Positions 1 to 8,637 are shown, counted from the first letter of the stretch. The stretch is DNA of 64,000 nucleotides from Candidatus Kerfeldbacteria bacterium (GCA_016214565.1 JACROE010000002.1:408007-472006), one strand, 5' to 3'. Notes: a model not told the origin generated them from the letters alone. A program made the numbers and translations.

Positions 1-106
1 CATGGACTTTATTATTGAAGCCCCCTTCAAATTATTAGTGGAAACGACCGAGGACTGGGTAAGCTTTCAGGAGCAGAAGAAAGAGGAAACATTTTAGGGA
101 AAGCTG
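1..106 (+). CDS. possible 3' end of a plus-strand CDS running in from the left edge
   Basis: Frame 2 is open from the window edge to TAG at 104-106 (MDFIIEAPFKLLVETTEDWVSFQEQKKEETF*). It converges on the pilin gene and shares the hairpin terminator. No recognisable domain. Confidence 0.2.
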
Positions 107-117
107 ATATTTTTTAA

Positions 118-155
118 CATAAAAACACTCCTGCGCGAGCAGGAGTGTTTTGCAA
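118..155 (-). terminator. rho-independent terminator downstream of the pilin gene (possibly bidirectional)
   Basis: Perfect 13-bp stem aaaacactcctgc/gcaggagtgtttt with a 4-nt loop (122-151). On the minus strand it is followed by a T-run (plus-strand AAAAA at 117-121). It sits 13 nt beyond the pilin stop. Confidence 0.55.
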
Positions 156-167
156 ATATATCGTATG

Positions 168-617
168 TTATCGGCTAACCGTGATGGTGGTGGTGAGCTC
201 AGCGCTTGGAGCCGTAACCGTAACTCGTCCTGAAGTGGCATTCTGAGAAATCTGATAGCCAGAATTATAGGTGGTACAGTCAGTATAGCTGCCGGTCTGC
301 GGATCAGCCGGAATGGCGGTGACATAAATACCAGTCGTACCAACTAAATCATCGCAGATATCAATTCCGCCATTACTAACGGTGGTAGGAACAGCGGTAA
401 TGGCTGCGGGAACCTCACCATTATTATCAACGGCATATTGATGAACGGCATTCAAAATTGCATTCACATCATTCCAACGCTGGGCATTCCGCGCTTGAGC
501 AAATTGGCGTCCCGGATTGATGGCAATAATGACGATCGCCGCCAAAATACCAATGATTCCAATGACGACCAAAAGCTCTAAAAGGGTAAATCCATGAATT
601 TTTTTGCCTTTGTTCAT
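168..617 (-). CDS. pilA: type IVa major pilin / pseudopilin (prepilin with class III leader)
   Basis: N-terminus MNKGKKIHG|FTLLELLVVIGIIGILAAIV has a G-1/F+1/E+5 prepilin peptidase site and a hydrophobic N-terminal helix. The Thr/Ser-rich C-terminal half contains a Cys pair. Confidence 0.85.
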   Translation of the reverse strand: MNKGKKIHGFTLLELLVVIGIIGILAAIVIIAINPGRQFAQARNAQRWNDVNAILNAVHQYAVDNNGEVPAAITAVPTTVSNGGIDICDDLVGTTGIYVTAIPADPQTGSYTDCTTYNSGYQISQNATSGRVTVTAPSAELTTTITVSR

Positions 618-688
618 ACGTACCTTAATAAATTATTAATTGAATAGCTATAGTATACCATAACAAAAATTCTGGGCAATCGGTCAAT

Positions 689-1954
689 CTATCCGTTTGG
701 TCGTATCATTAATACAATCAAAAATACAATAATCAGACCAAAGAAAATCATCAATAATAATTTCGTTCGTTTTGATGTGCTGGGGGGTCCTGCATGCATC
801 GCACGCTGGGGAGCCGGCGTGGCCACGGGTAGATGAGTTGCCGTGCCCCGATGAAACCAGTGACCAACAGCTAGCCGACGGTGCGTCTCTTCATGCCGCA
901 ATAGATTAAGCCCCTGATGCAATCGAGTGTGAGTTGCCCCACGCAGGGCTAAGCCGGCAACCGTCGCATAGAGCACACGACGATTATCATCGGGAAATTG
1001 AGCTCGATTATAATTCAGACCGTGTAAGGGATTGCCGATGATGACGGGTAAACGAAGCTGATCATGAACATACCGATCCAACCCCGGCAATAAACTACTT
1101 CCGCCAACAAGGATTGCTTGGCTCACGGCGAAACCAGTCTTATGTTCATAATACAATATGGAGGTGCTAATACGTTCAATAATTTGATGTAACGGCTCGG
1201 CGAGCTCAGCAGCAGTTTGGATATTTACCAATCGTTCTCGTTTTAAACGCACCGCTTCCTCAGTGCTGATATTGCGACCGCGCATCAATGCCTGAGTAAA
1301 AGCATGCCCAGCCACCGGAACCGTATATGAATAGCGAATGCCATGACGGTCAAATATAGTTATGGTGCTCGCTCGCGACCCAATGTCAAGTATAAGCGTA
1401 GGTGGGACTGGCCCAGCAGGTATGATGGCGCGTGCCAAAGCCGCCGACTCAGGTTCGATGACAATCGGAGTAATCCCAGCCGCTAACAAAGAAGTGCGTA
1501 ATGTATCAACAATATCTCGAGCACACGCCACATAGACAACGTCAATACCCTCAGGTCCACGCGATAAAATCTGATAATCATGATATACCTGGTCGAACGC
1601 TAAGGGGAGCGTTTCCTCAGCCATAAATTGGACGGATTCGCCAATCCGATCTTCAGGAACAGCACCAGGAACGGTAAAAACATATAAATATAATTGTGTT
1701 TCCGGAATGGCAATAATGGCACGGTGTCCGCCATGGTGATCAACATTTGCCGACATAAGCAGCCGATGCACGGCACTCACGAATTTGTCCTTCATGTCCA
1801 CCCGGCCGTTTACCACCGTGCCGGACTCAAGCTCCACCCGGCCAGCGGTACGGATCAGAGGGCGCCCAAACCGACTACCAATTTCCATCAATTCAATGGA
1901 ATGATCGGAAAGATCGATGCCAAACGTACGTTGGGAAAAAGAAAATCGTGCCAT
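689..1954 (-). CDS. pilM: type IV pilus assembly protein PilM (actin-like ATPase) with a C-terminal transmembrane tail
   Basis: Begins FGIDLSDHSIELMEI, typical of PilM, and has an actin/HSP70-like fold signature throughout. The last ~25 aa, LLLMIFFGLIIVFLIVLMI, form a TM helix resembling a PilN N-terminus. Confidence 0.75.
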   Translation of the reverse strand: MARFSFSQRTFGIDLSDHSIELMEIGSRFGRPLIRTAGRVELESGTVVNGRVDMKDKFVSAVHRLLMSANVDHHGGHRAIIAIPETQLYLYVFTVPGAVPEDRIGESVQFMAEETLPLAFDQVYHDYQILSRGPEGIDVVYVACARDIVDTLRTSLLAAGITPIVIEPESAALARAIIPAGPVPPTLILDIGSRASTITIFDRHGIRYSYTVPVAGHAFTQALMRGRNISTEEAVRLKRERLVNIQTAAELAEPLHQIIERISTSILYYEHKTGFAVSQAILVGGSSLLPGLDRYVHDQLRLPVIIGNPLHGLNYNRAQFPDDNRRVLYATVAGLALRGATHTRLHQGLNLLRHEETHRRLAVGHWFHRGTATHLPVATPAPQRAMHAGPPSTSKRTKLLLMIFFGLIIVFLIVLMIRPNG

Positions 1955-1955
1955 A

Positions 1956-3167
1956 CTATTGCTGTAATGATCCGGTGAATTGATAAATAGGGGAAATAAT
2001 TGCCACTGCTAAAAATCCAAGTACTAACCCGATGATAATCAATAAGGTAGGCTCCAAAACAGTTGATAAATTTTTTGTAGCCGCATCAACTTCTTCTTCA
2101 TAAAAAGAAGCTAAGTAACCCAGGCTTGAATCAAGCTTACCCGTGCGCTCACCAACACCAATCATGCGAGTGGCCATGTCAGGAATATACTGGCTGGTGG
2201 CAAAAATTGAAGAAAGTGTCTGCCCCTTCTGTACACCGACCTGCGCCGACATCAGCAAATCACGATACACCGTATTTTCAATAGCCTGCGCCGTAATGCC
2301 CAGACTCTCATTTATCGTGATACCGCTCTTCAATAAAATGGAAACAATCCGGGTCAGTCGAGCAATATTTGCATTACGGATCAGTCGCTGCACGACTGGC
2401 ATCCGCAGGTACAAACGATGCATGACGCGGCGTACTGGAGGGGCAACCAGCGCCACGCGTAAACCAATGATGCATACGGCTGCTCCAGCCAACACATACC
2501 ATCCATAATCAACTAAAAATGTTGCAATGCTGAGAAAGACAACCGTGGTAGGCGGCAACGCAATCCTAAATGTATCAAATAATTGTACTAATTTAGGCAA
2601 TATGAAAATACTCAAACCAATCCCCAAGACAACCGTGGCCGAGAGGACAATACCAGGATATAGCAATGCTGATTTTACCTTCCGCTTAAGTTCATAATCT
2701 TTTTCTAATTCCGAAGCAATGTACTCGAGATTCTCCTCTAAAGTGCCACTCGCTTCACCGATACGAATCATGCCAACCATAATCGAGGTAAAGACGCGGG
2801 GATACCGGCTCATCGCGTCACCTAAACTTTTTCCATTTGATACGTCGCGAATGAGCTCTGCCACCACGCGCTGCATGGTTTGGCTGGCATTTTGTCCCTG
2901 AATAGTATCAAGTGATTCAACCAATGAAAGGCCGGCTCGAAGCATAATCGCTAAATGGCGGGCAAAAATCACTTTATCCAGCGCGCCAACCCGCCCACCC
3001 AATCCACTAGTATTAGTCAATGAAAAGCCGCCGGTCGCTGGAGCAATCGAAAGTATAGATAAATTTCTCTGGCGTAATTGTTGCGCCACATCGGTAGCCG
3101 TGTCTGCGGCCAGCGTTCCCCGCTGAACAATGCCTCGTGGCGTAGTTGCGATATAGCGATAGTCCAT
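1956..3167 (-). CDS. pilC: type IV pilus inner-membrane platform protein PilC (GspF family)
   Basis: Two GspF-type repeats and three TM blocks, in the expected position between pilB and pilM. The stop overlaps the pilM start region. Confidence 0.85.
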   Translation of the reverse strand: MDYRYIATTPRGIVQRGTLAADTATDVAQQLRQRNLSILSIAPATGGFSLTNTSGLGGRVGALDKVIFARHLAIMLRAGLSLVESLDTIQGQNASQTMQRVVAELIRDVSNGKSLGDAMSRYPRVFTSIMVGMIRIGEASGTLEENLEYIASELEKDYELKRKVKSALLYPGIVLSATVVLGIGLSIFILPKLVQLFDTFRIALPPTTVVFLSIATFLVDYGWYVLAGAAVCIIGLRVALVAPPVRRVMHRLYLRMPVVQRLIRNANIARLTRIVSILLKSGITINESLGITAQAIENTVYRDLLMSAQVGVQKGQTLSSIFATSQYIPDMATRMIGVGERTGKLDSSLGYLASFYEEEVDAATKNLSTVLEPTLLIIIGLVLGFLAVAIISPIYQFTGSLQQ

Positions 3168-3195
3168 AATAAAAACCCTCCCAAAAACTTCTTCG

Positions 3196-4887
3196 TTAGG
3201 TATTGGCCGCCCTTAAAACCTCGTCAACCGTGGTAATACCTCGTTTTGCCTTTTCCAGACCATCATCAAGCATAGTGCTCATCCCCTCGGCTATCGCCGC
3301 CTGGCGGATCACGTCGCTGTTTGCCCGTTGCATAATTAATTGCCGTATACGCTCCGTCATTTCGAGGACTTCAAAAATACCGACGCGCCCCTCAAAGCCA
3401 GTGTTATTGCACAACGCACATCCCTTGCCCCGATACAAACGAAATCCTTTTTCAGAAAAGCCAATTGCCTGCGCACGCGCCTCCCCAAGCAAGCTGGCAT
3501 AGCGCGACAATTCGACTGAATCTGGCGTATAGCTCTCAATGCACCCACGATGAATCTTGCGTACCAAGCGCTGAGCTAAAGCAACGTTTACCGTTGACGC
3601 AATCAAAAAAGGTTCGATTTTCATATCCAGCAGTCGGGGCAAGGTAGTCGGCGCGTCATTAGTGTGCAGCGTAGACAACACGAGGTGACCGGTCATAGCC
3701 GCATTGATGGCGATGCTGGCAGTCTCTTCATCTCGAATTTCACCCACCATAACAATATCAGGGTCTTGGCGGAGAATTGACCGCAAGCCAAGCGCAAACG
3801 TGAGATTGGTTTTTGAATCAACCTGTATCTGATTAACGCCATCAATATCATATTCGACCGGGTCTTCAATGGTAGAAATATTTACTTCACGCGTATTCAA
3901 AATTTTTAATAACGCATACAGGGTGGTGGTTTTACCGCTACCCGTGGGCCCGGTAGCTAAAATCATTCCGTGCGGCCGACGCACCGTCAGTTCAAGCTTA
4001 CGCATATCCGATTCGTTCATCCCCAGCTCTACCAGACTGAACTGACGGGATTTCTCGGTTAAGAGCCGCATCACAACTTTTTCTCCATCAGAAACAGGGA
4101 TGACTGAGACGCGGACGTCTACCTGCTCATCTTCGGTCGGGAAATCAAGGCGACCATCCTGAGCGGCCCGATGTTCATCCGTCCGCAGTTTGGCCATGAT
4201 TTTTATGCGAGTGATGATAAACGCATGCAATTCCTTGGGCAGCGTCACCACATCATGGAGAATGCCATCGATACGAAATCGGATGACCACTGATTCCTCG
4301 TGCGGTTCAATGTGCACATCGGAAGCCTTATTTTCATAGGCATAATGCAGAATTGTATCAACAATTCGCGTGATCGGCAGTTCGCGATTGGCCGCTGGCG
4401 TACCTTGCGCCGCCGCGACATTATGTTGAATAATATCATCAAAAGCCTCGGTCAACTCCTTGCGATAAAACTTCAACGCGTCATTAATATTGCGCACCGT
4501 AGTATAGTGCGGGATGACGCGATGGCCTGTTTTTTTCTCAATAAAATATTTCAGCTCCTCATTAGTTGGATCAACCATGGCGACCTTGAGGCCGTCACCG
4601 GTTTGCTCAAATGCGAGGAGGCGTTGGCGTTTTGCCACCAGCTCAGGAATGACCCGCAAAACCGAATCAGGAATCTGTTTGGTCGTCACGTTGACGTACG
4701 GTACGCTATATAGATCCGCGATAATTTGGCCGAGGTTTTCATCGCTGACTAATTCAGCTTCAACCAATTCCTGCTCAACCGAAGTATGGTGTTCACGCGC
4801 ACGCGCCACAGCCGAACTAAACTGATCCTCAGTAATAAGTTCAGCGGCAAGTAATTCACGCTTCAGCTGTTCCTGATCAAGCGCCAT
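3196..4887 (-). CDS. pilB: type IV pilus assembly ATPase PilB (GspE family)
   Basis: Walker A GPTGSGKTT, Asp/His boxes and a C-terminal CxxC...CxxC tetracysteine, plus an N-terminal GSPII_E_N-like domain. Likely start is MALDQEQ (4887); the track ORF extends to 4920. Confidence 0.9.
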   Translation of the reverse strand: MALDQEQLKRELLAAELITEDQFSSAVARAREHHTSVEQELVEAELVSDENLGQIIADLYSVPYVNVTTKQIPDSVLRVIPELVAKRQRLLAFEQTGDGLKVAMVDPTNEELKYFIEKKTGHRVIPHYTTVRNINDALKFYRKELTEAFDDIIQHNVAAAQGTPAANRELPITRIVDTILHYAYENKASDVHIEPHEESVVIRFRIDGILHDVVTLPKELHAFIITRIKIMAKLRTDEHRAAQDGRLDFPTEDEQVDVRVSVIPVSDGEKVVMRLLTEKSRQFSLVELGMNESDMRKLELTVRRPHGMILATGPTGSGKTTTLYALLKILNTREVNISTIEDPVEYDIDGVNQIQVDSKTNLTFALGLRSILRQDPDIVMVGEIRDEETASIAINAAMTGHLVLSTLHTNDAPTTLPRLLDMKIEPFLIASTVNVALAQRLVRKIHRGCIESYTPDSVELSRYASLLGEARAQAIGFSEKGFRLYRGKGCALCNNTGFEGRVGIFEVLEMTERIRQLIMQRANSDVIRQAAIAEGMSTMLDDGLEKAKRGITTVDEVLRAANT

Positions 4888-5284
4888 TCGGGTCAGCCAG
4901 GTAGTGATTAACCTTATCAACGAGGTCCATGAGCCCTACGTCTGATTTCACTAAATAATCAACGGCGCCAAGAGCCGTACCGCGCGCCCGATCTGATTCT
5001 TGGCCGAGGTTAGACAGAATAACGACGGGGATATCTTTGGTTCCATCTTTGAGCTTCAGTTCCTCAAGTACAGCAAACCCGTCTTTTCCGGGAAGCATAA
5101 GATCAAGCAAGATAATATCCGGGCGTTCCGTCTCGGCCTTGCGGAGCGCTTCATCACCAGAAATAGCTACCGACACATTGAAACCACTATTGCGAAGCTT
5201 ATTACTGTAAATCTTCAGTAATGATTGCTCATCTTCGACCAATAAGATATTCTTTGTAATTGGCATATGTTTAATCCTGTTCAA
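4877..5284 (-). CDS. stand-alone response-regulator receiver (CheY-like; PilH/PilG-like)
   Basis: ILLVEDEQ...DIILLDLMLPGKDG...K pattern (acid pocket, phospho-Asp, conserved Lys). No output domain. 135 aa. Confidence 0.85.
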   Translation of the reverse strand: MNRIKHMPITKNILLVEDEQSLLKIYSNKLRNSGFNVSVAISGDEALRKAETERPDIILLDLMLPGKDGFAVLEELKLKDGTKDIPVVILSNLGQESDRARGTALGAVDYLVKSDVGLMDLVDKVNHYLADPNGA

Positions 5285-6110
5285 TGGGTAAGGTGAAATA
5301 TACTGTGGTACCCTTATTTTCCTTAGAGTCTAGCCAGATTTCTCCGCCGTGAGCAGTGACAATCATACGCGCGAGAAAAAGGCCAATACCTGAACCCTGG
5401 GTGTTTTTTTGAATCACATTTTTCCCCCGAGTAAACTTAGTAAACACCTCATCCAATTGATCCTGCGGTACACCTACGCCGTTGTCTGCAACAGAAAAAC
5501 GAATGGCACCATCGCGCTGCTCAAGCGTGATAACCGCTCGGCCCTTACCATTAGTATATTTTATCGCGTTAGTTAAAATATTCTCAATGACTTGTCGCAG
5601 TTTAATCCGATCAGCCTGCACCGACGGCAAAGCCGAGGCGGGCGGCGTATAGACCAGCTCGCAATTTGAAGCTCGTGCCAATGGGGTTAATTTGCTAACC
5701 TCCTCGGCAACTAATTCCTCGAGTTGTATCCGTTCTAAATGAATAATCAGTTTATCGATGTCGAGACGAACGACCTCAAGATAATCATTCACTAATTTAA
5801 TGGTGTCATGATTGATATCAAGGGCTTCCTGCAGATACTCCTTTTGTCCGTCATTGAGAGGTCCCTGATCGCCCGTTAAAACACCTTCAAGATACCCCTT
5901 AATCACAGAAAGCGGGGTTCGCAATTGATGGCTGATGATCGAAATAAATGCCGAACGGCGATTGTCAGCCTTTTGTCGCTCAATTTGACGGATGCGGTAC
6001 ATCCGTCTGTAGAAGTACCCGGCACACCCAATCGCACCAACCAACAGTATCAATAAAACAATAGTTAACGACGACATACTTTTATATAAAAAGTAGGTTA
6101 AAAATAACAC
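5271..6110 (-). CDS. minimal sensor histidine kinase (one N-terminal TM helix, HisKA + HATPase_c, no sensor domain)
   Basis: H-box ISHQLRTPL, N-box LTNAIKYT and G-boxes DNGVGVP/GSGIGL. A single TM helix at the N-terminus. It overlaps the receiver gene by 14 nt, suggesting translational coupling. Confidence 0.85.
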   Translation of the reverse strand: MLFLTYFLYKSMSSLTIVLLILLVGAIGCAGYFYRRMYRIRQIERQKADNRRSAFISIISHQLRTPLSVIKGYLEGVLTGDQGPLNDGQKEYLQEALDINHDTIKLVNDYLEVVRLDIDKLIIHLERIQLEELVAEEVSKLTPLARASNCELVYTPPASALPSVQADRIKLRQVIENILTNAIKYTNGKGRAVITLEQRDGAIRFSVADNGVGVPQDQLDEVFTKFTRGKNVIQKNTQGSGIGLFLARMIVTAHGGEIWLDSKENKGTTVYFTLPIEQD

Positions 6111-6189
6111 GAAAAAGTGTTTTTGTCAACGAACATCATAACCTGTCCCTCAAGAATATTCTTTTCCAATCGCTGTATGATTCTGGATA

Positions 6190-6218
6190 TTGACGAAATG
6201 GCGTTTCCATGCTACAAT
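6190..6218 (+). promoter_or_regulatory. sigma70-type promoter upstream of pilT
   Basis: TTGACG (6190-6195), 17-nt spacer, TACAAT (6213-6218). It lies in the divergent intergenic region between the kinase operon and pilT. Confidence 0.5.
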
Positions 6219-6391
6219 GATGATAGTTAAAACAAAAATAAAAACTATGTCATATCATTTAACCGAACGTTTTTCGTTTACGACTCCTGTTTTTTCAAAA
6301 AACCTCGGCCATGACATCTACTATGCACGTAAAGACAATCGTCCGCTGCTCATCATGCTTGTGCTGAAGCGGCTTTTAACCACACCTTTGT

Positions 6392-7447
6392 ATGGCAAAA
6401 ATCGACGACATATTTAATAAAGCAATCGGGCGCGGCGCCTCAGACATCCACCTGACGGTTGATCGAAAACCAATTTTTCGGGTTGACGGAGAATTAGCCG
6501 AAATGAACGGTGACGTCAAACCGCTAACCGCCAAAGCGCTGCAAGAGATGATTTTTGAAATCCTCACTGACAAGCAGCAACAAATTTTGTTACATGAGCG
6601 TGAGCTCGATTTTTCATACGAAATTAATAACCACGGACGGTTCCGGGTCAATTGTTTCTGGGAACGAGATAACATTGCTCTGGCGGCGCGTATTATTTCG
6701 GGAGTCATCCCAGCTATGCAAGATCTGTTAATGCCAGAAATCGTGTACGACTTGATGCGTATGAAACAAGGTCTCGTGCTGGTAACAGGCCCAACCGGCA
6801 GCGGTAAGTCAACCACGCTGGCGGCTATGATTAATCTGATAAACCAGGAGCGAGCGGCGCACATCGTCACCCTCGAGGATCCAATTGAATTTGTCTACCC
6901 ACCTAATTCGGGGAAAAGCCTGATTGTCCAACGCCAATTATCATCAGACATGCTGTCGTTTGCCAGCGCCCTGAAGCACGTACTGCGCCAAGACCCCAAT
7001 GTCATTCTGGTCGGTGAAATGCGTGATTTGGAAACGATTGGCACAACGATTACGCTAGCCGAAACAGGGCATTTGGTGCTAGCCACCCTCCACACCTATA
7101 ATGCCGGCCAAACCGTTGATCGTATCATCGACGTATTCCCACCCCACCAACAGCCTCAAGTTCGACTTCAATTATCCCTCTTCCTCAAAGGCATCATTTC
7201 TCAACAGCTTTTGCCCAAAATCGGCGGAGGGCGTATTGCTGCCAGAGAAATTCTTATCAATAATCACGCGATTGGAAACCTCATCCGGGAAAACAAGATT
7301 CCCCAGATTAAAACAGTTATCCAGACCAGTGCTGACGAGGGAATGTTTACGATGGACCAAGATCTGAAACGATTATACGAGGACGGATTTATTGAAAAAG
7401 ACATCGCCAAAAGCTACATGGCCACGCCTCAAGCTCTCGACGCTTGA
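6392..7447 (+). CDS. pilT: twitching-motility / pilus retraction ATPase PilT
   Basis: N-terminus ASDIHL...PIFRVDGEL, Walker A GPTGSGKST, and the length and organisation of PilT/PilU. Confidence 0.9.
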   Translation: MAKIDDIFNKAIGRGASDIHLTVDRKPIFRVDGELAEMNGDVKPLTAKALQEMIFEILTDKQQQILLHERELDFSYEINNHGRFRVNCFWERDNIALAARIISGVIPAMQDLLMPEIVYDLMRMKQGLVLVTGPTGSGKSTTLAAMINLINQERAAHIVTLEDPIEFVYPPNSGKSLIVQRQLSSDMLSFASALKHVLRQDPNVILVGEMRDLETIGTTITLAETGHLVLATLHTYNAGQTVDRIIDVFPPHQQPQVRLQLSLFLKGIISQQLLPKIGGGRIAAREILINNHAIGNLIRENKIPQIKTVIQTSADEGMFTMDQDLKRLYEDGFIEKDIAKSYMATPQALDA

Positions 7448-7550
7448 AATCAAAGTAATTACGCGCTACTATTGACCATACCAATCATCTCGATAGGGTA
7501 AGGTTGCTTTTATACGCCGCGCGTGCTAGAGTTGCCTGATTCTATTCACC

Positions 7551-7567
7551 CGCGCCCGTAGCTCAAC
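7551..7567 (+). repeat. 17-nt direct repeat copying the 5' end of tRNA-Arg (upstream copy)
   Basis: cgcgcccgtagctcaac at 7551-7567 is identical to 7888-7904, the start of the intact tRNA. It is followed by nested hairpins (ccccgac..gtcgggg; ctccgac..gtcggag) rather than a cloverleaf. Confidence 0.8.
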
Positions 7568-7625
7568 CCCGACGCTTCAGTCGGGGCTCCGACCTCCTAC
7601 GGGAGCGTCGGAGCGGATAAAAATT

Positions 7626-7898
7626 ATGCGTGGCTACGTCTACATATTGCGAGATAATAAAGGTAAACTATACATCGGCAGTACGATTGATCTCAACCGA
7701 CGTTTGACTCAACATCAGGTAGGCCACACGAAAACAACCCACCGAATGATTGAGCCAAAACTTGTATTCAAACAACTGTTCTCTACAATTGCTGAAGCCC
7801 GACGCACCGAACGAAAACTGAAAGCGTGGAAGCGTAAAGATTATATTGAAAAAATAATTGAAGACGGATATATTAGGATTACTCTTGCGCGCCCGTAG
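7626..7898 (+). CDS. small GIY-YIG nuclease-domain protein (UPF0213/YhbQ-like)
   Basis: MRGYVYILRDNKGKLYIGSTIDLNRRLTQHQ matches the GIY-YIG core (GIY, YIG, Arg, later Glu). 90 aa. Its last codons and stop (gcg cgc ccg tag) are the 5' acceptor stem of tRNA-Arg. Confidence 0.75.
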   Translation: MRGYVYILRDNKGKLYIGSTIDLNRRLTQHQVGHTKTTHRMIEPKLVFKQLFSTIAEARRTERKLKAWKRKDYIEKIIEDGYIRITLARP

Positions 7899-7963
7899 CT
7901 CAACGGATAGAGTGCTGGTCTTCGGAACCAGTGATGGGGGTTCGATTCCCTCCGGGCGCACCA
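7889..7963 (+). tRNA. tRNA-Arg (anticodon TCG)
   Basis: Cloverleaf by eye: acceptor GCGCCCG/CGGGCGC, D-arm GCTCAACGGATAGAGT, anticodon stem CTGGT/ACCAG with loop CTTCGGA (U33, TCG, G37), T-arm GGGGGTTCGATTCCCTC, encoded CCA. Confidence 0.85.
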
Positions 7964-7989
7964 AGCGACCGAGCGAACAGATTACTATC

Positions 7990-8066
7990 GGACGATTAGC
8001 TCAGTTGGTTAGAGCGCCTCGTTTACACCGAGGAGGTCGTAGGTTCGACTCCTACATCGTCCACCA
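7990..8066 (+). tRNA. tRNA-Val (anticodon TAC)
   Basis: Acceptor GGACGAT/ATCGTCC, D-arm GCTCAGTTGGTTAGAGC, anticodon stem CCTCG/CGAGG with loop TTTACAC, T-arm GTAGGTTCGACTCCTAC, encoded CCA. Confidence 0.85.
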
Positions 8067-8096
8067 CGAACGACAACTAACGGTTATCAATAACTT

Positions 8097-8348
8097 ATGC
8101 AATACGTCCTTGGCTTTATCATGATCGGTATCGGCTTCGTCATCACCTGGAAGGCTGACTGGCTGGTCAATAATTTTGGCAGAGTCGCCTGGGCCGAAGA
8201 ACATCTGGGTATGGACGGTGGCACCCGTCTATTCTGGAAATTAATTGGCATTATTGTTATTATCGGTTCATTCTTGTATATGACTGGTGCGCTGCAGGCA
8301 ATCATCCGTGGCATATTTGGCAGCTCATTTTCTTCGGTCAGCAGCTAG
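8097..8348 (+). CDS. small hypothetical membrane protein (2 TM)
   Basis: 83-aa ORF between tRNA-Val and tRNA-Ala with two clear hydrophobic helices. No recognisable motif. Confidence 0.4.
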   Translation: MQYVLGFIMIGIGFVITWKADWLVNNFGRVAWAEEHLGMDGGTRLFWKLIGIIVIIGSFLYMTGALQAIIRGIFGSSFSSVSS

Positions 8349-8514
8349 AAAACGAGACGCGTAGCAATACGGCCAATCAATAAATTTGAAAGGTCAATGG
8401 CAACACTCAATACCCGAGCCTGACCATAGGGCGGGCGAGGGAGAGGGGCAATGATGCCAAGGGTGCAGTGGACAGCGTCAGCTGTACGCGAAACCCGCAG
8501 CATCATTGAGACGA

Positions 8515-8590
8515 GGGCCCTTAGCTCATTTGGTAGAGCGCCGCGTTTGCAACGCGGAGGTGACCGGTTCGAGCCCGGTAGGGTCCACCA
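8515..8590 (+). tRNA. tRNA-Ala (anticodon TGC)
   Basis: Acceptor GGGCCCT/AGGGTCC including a G3:U70 wobble, the alanine identity element. D-arm GCTCATTTGGTAGAGC, anticodon stem CCGCG/CGCGG with loop TTTGCAA, T-arm ACCGGTTCGAGCCCGGT, encoded CCA. Confidence 0.85.
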
Positions 8591-8630
8591 AAAAACTCCT
8601 CAACATTTCGTGAAGGAGTTTTTTGTTTTT
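8591..8630 (+). terminator. rho-independent terminator after tRNA-Ala
   Basis: Stem aactcct/aggagtt with loop caacatttcgtga, followed by TTTTTTGTTTTT. Confidence 0.6.
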
Positions 8631-8637
8631 CTAATTG

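Noticed and set aside
35-343. 102-aa minus-strand ORF overlapping the pilin gene in another frame
   Set aside because: It lies entirely inside or overlapping the well-supported pilin CDS and terminator and has no motif. It looks like a typical spurious antisense or alternate-frame ORF.
1694-1978. 94-aa plus-strand ORF inside pilM
   Set aside because: It is antisense to a confidently assigned PilM CDS and has no recognisable features.
6190-6417. 75-aa ORF in the pilT leader (MTKWRF.../MSYHLTERF...)
   Set aside because: It starts upstream of the predicted -10 element, lacks an RBS-like sequence and overlaps the pilT start. It is more likely a 5' UTR. A short leader peptide cannot be excluded.
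7551-7625. Possible second tRNA gene (begins like tRNA-Arg)
   Set aside because: Only the first 17 nt match the tRNA. The continuation forms two simple hairpins, not a D-arm, anticodon arm and T-arm cloverleaf. I treated it as a repeat boundary, not a tRNA.
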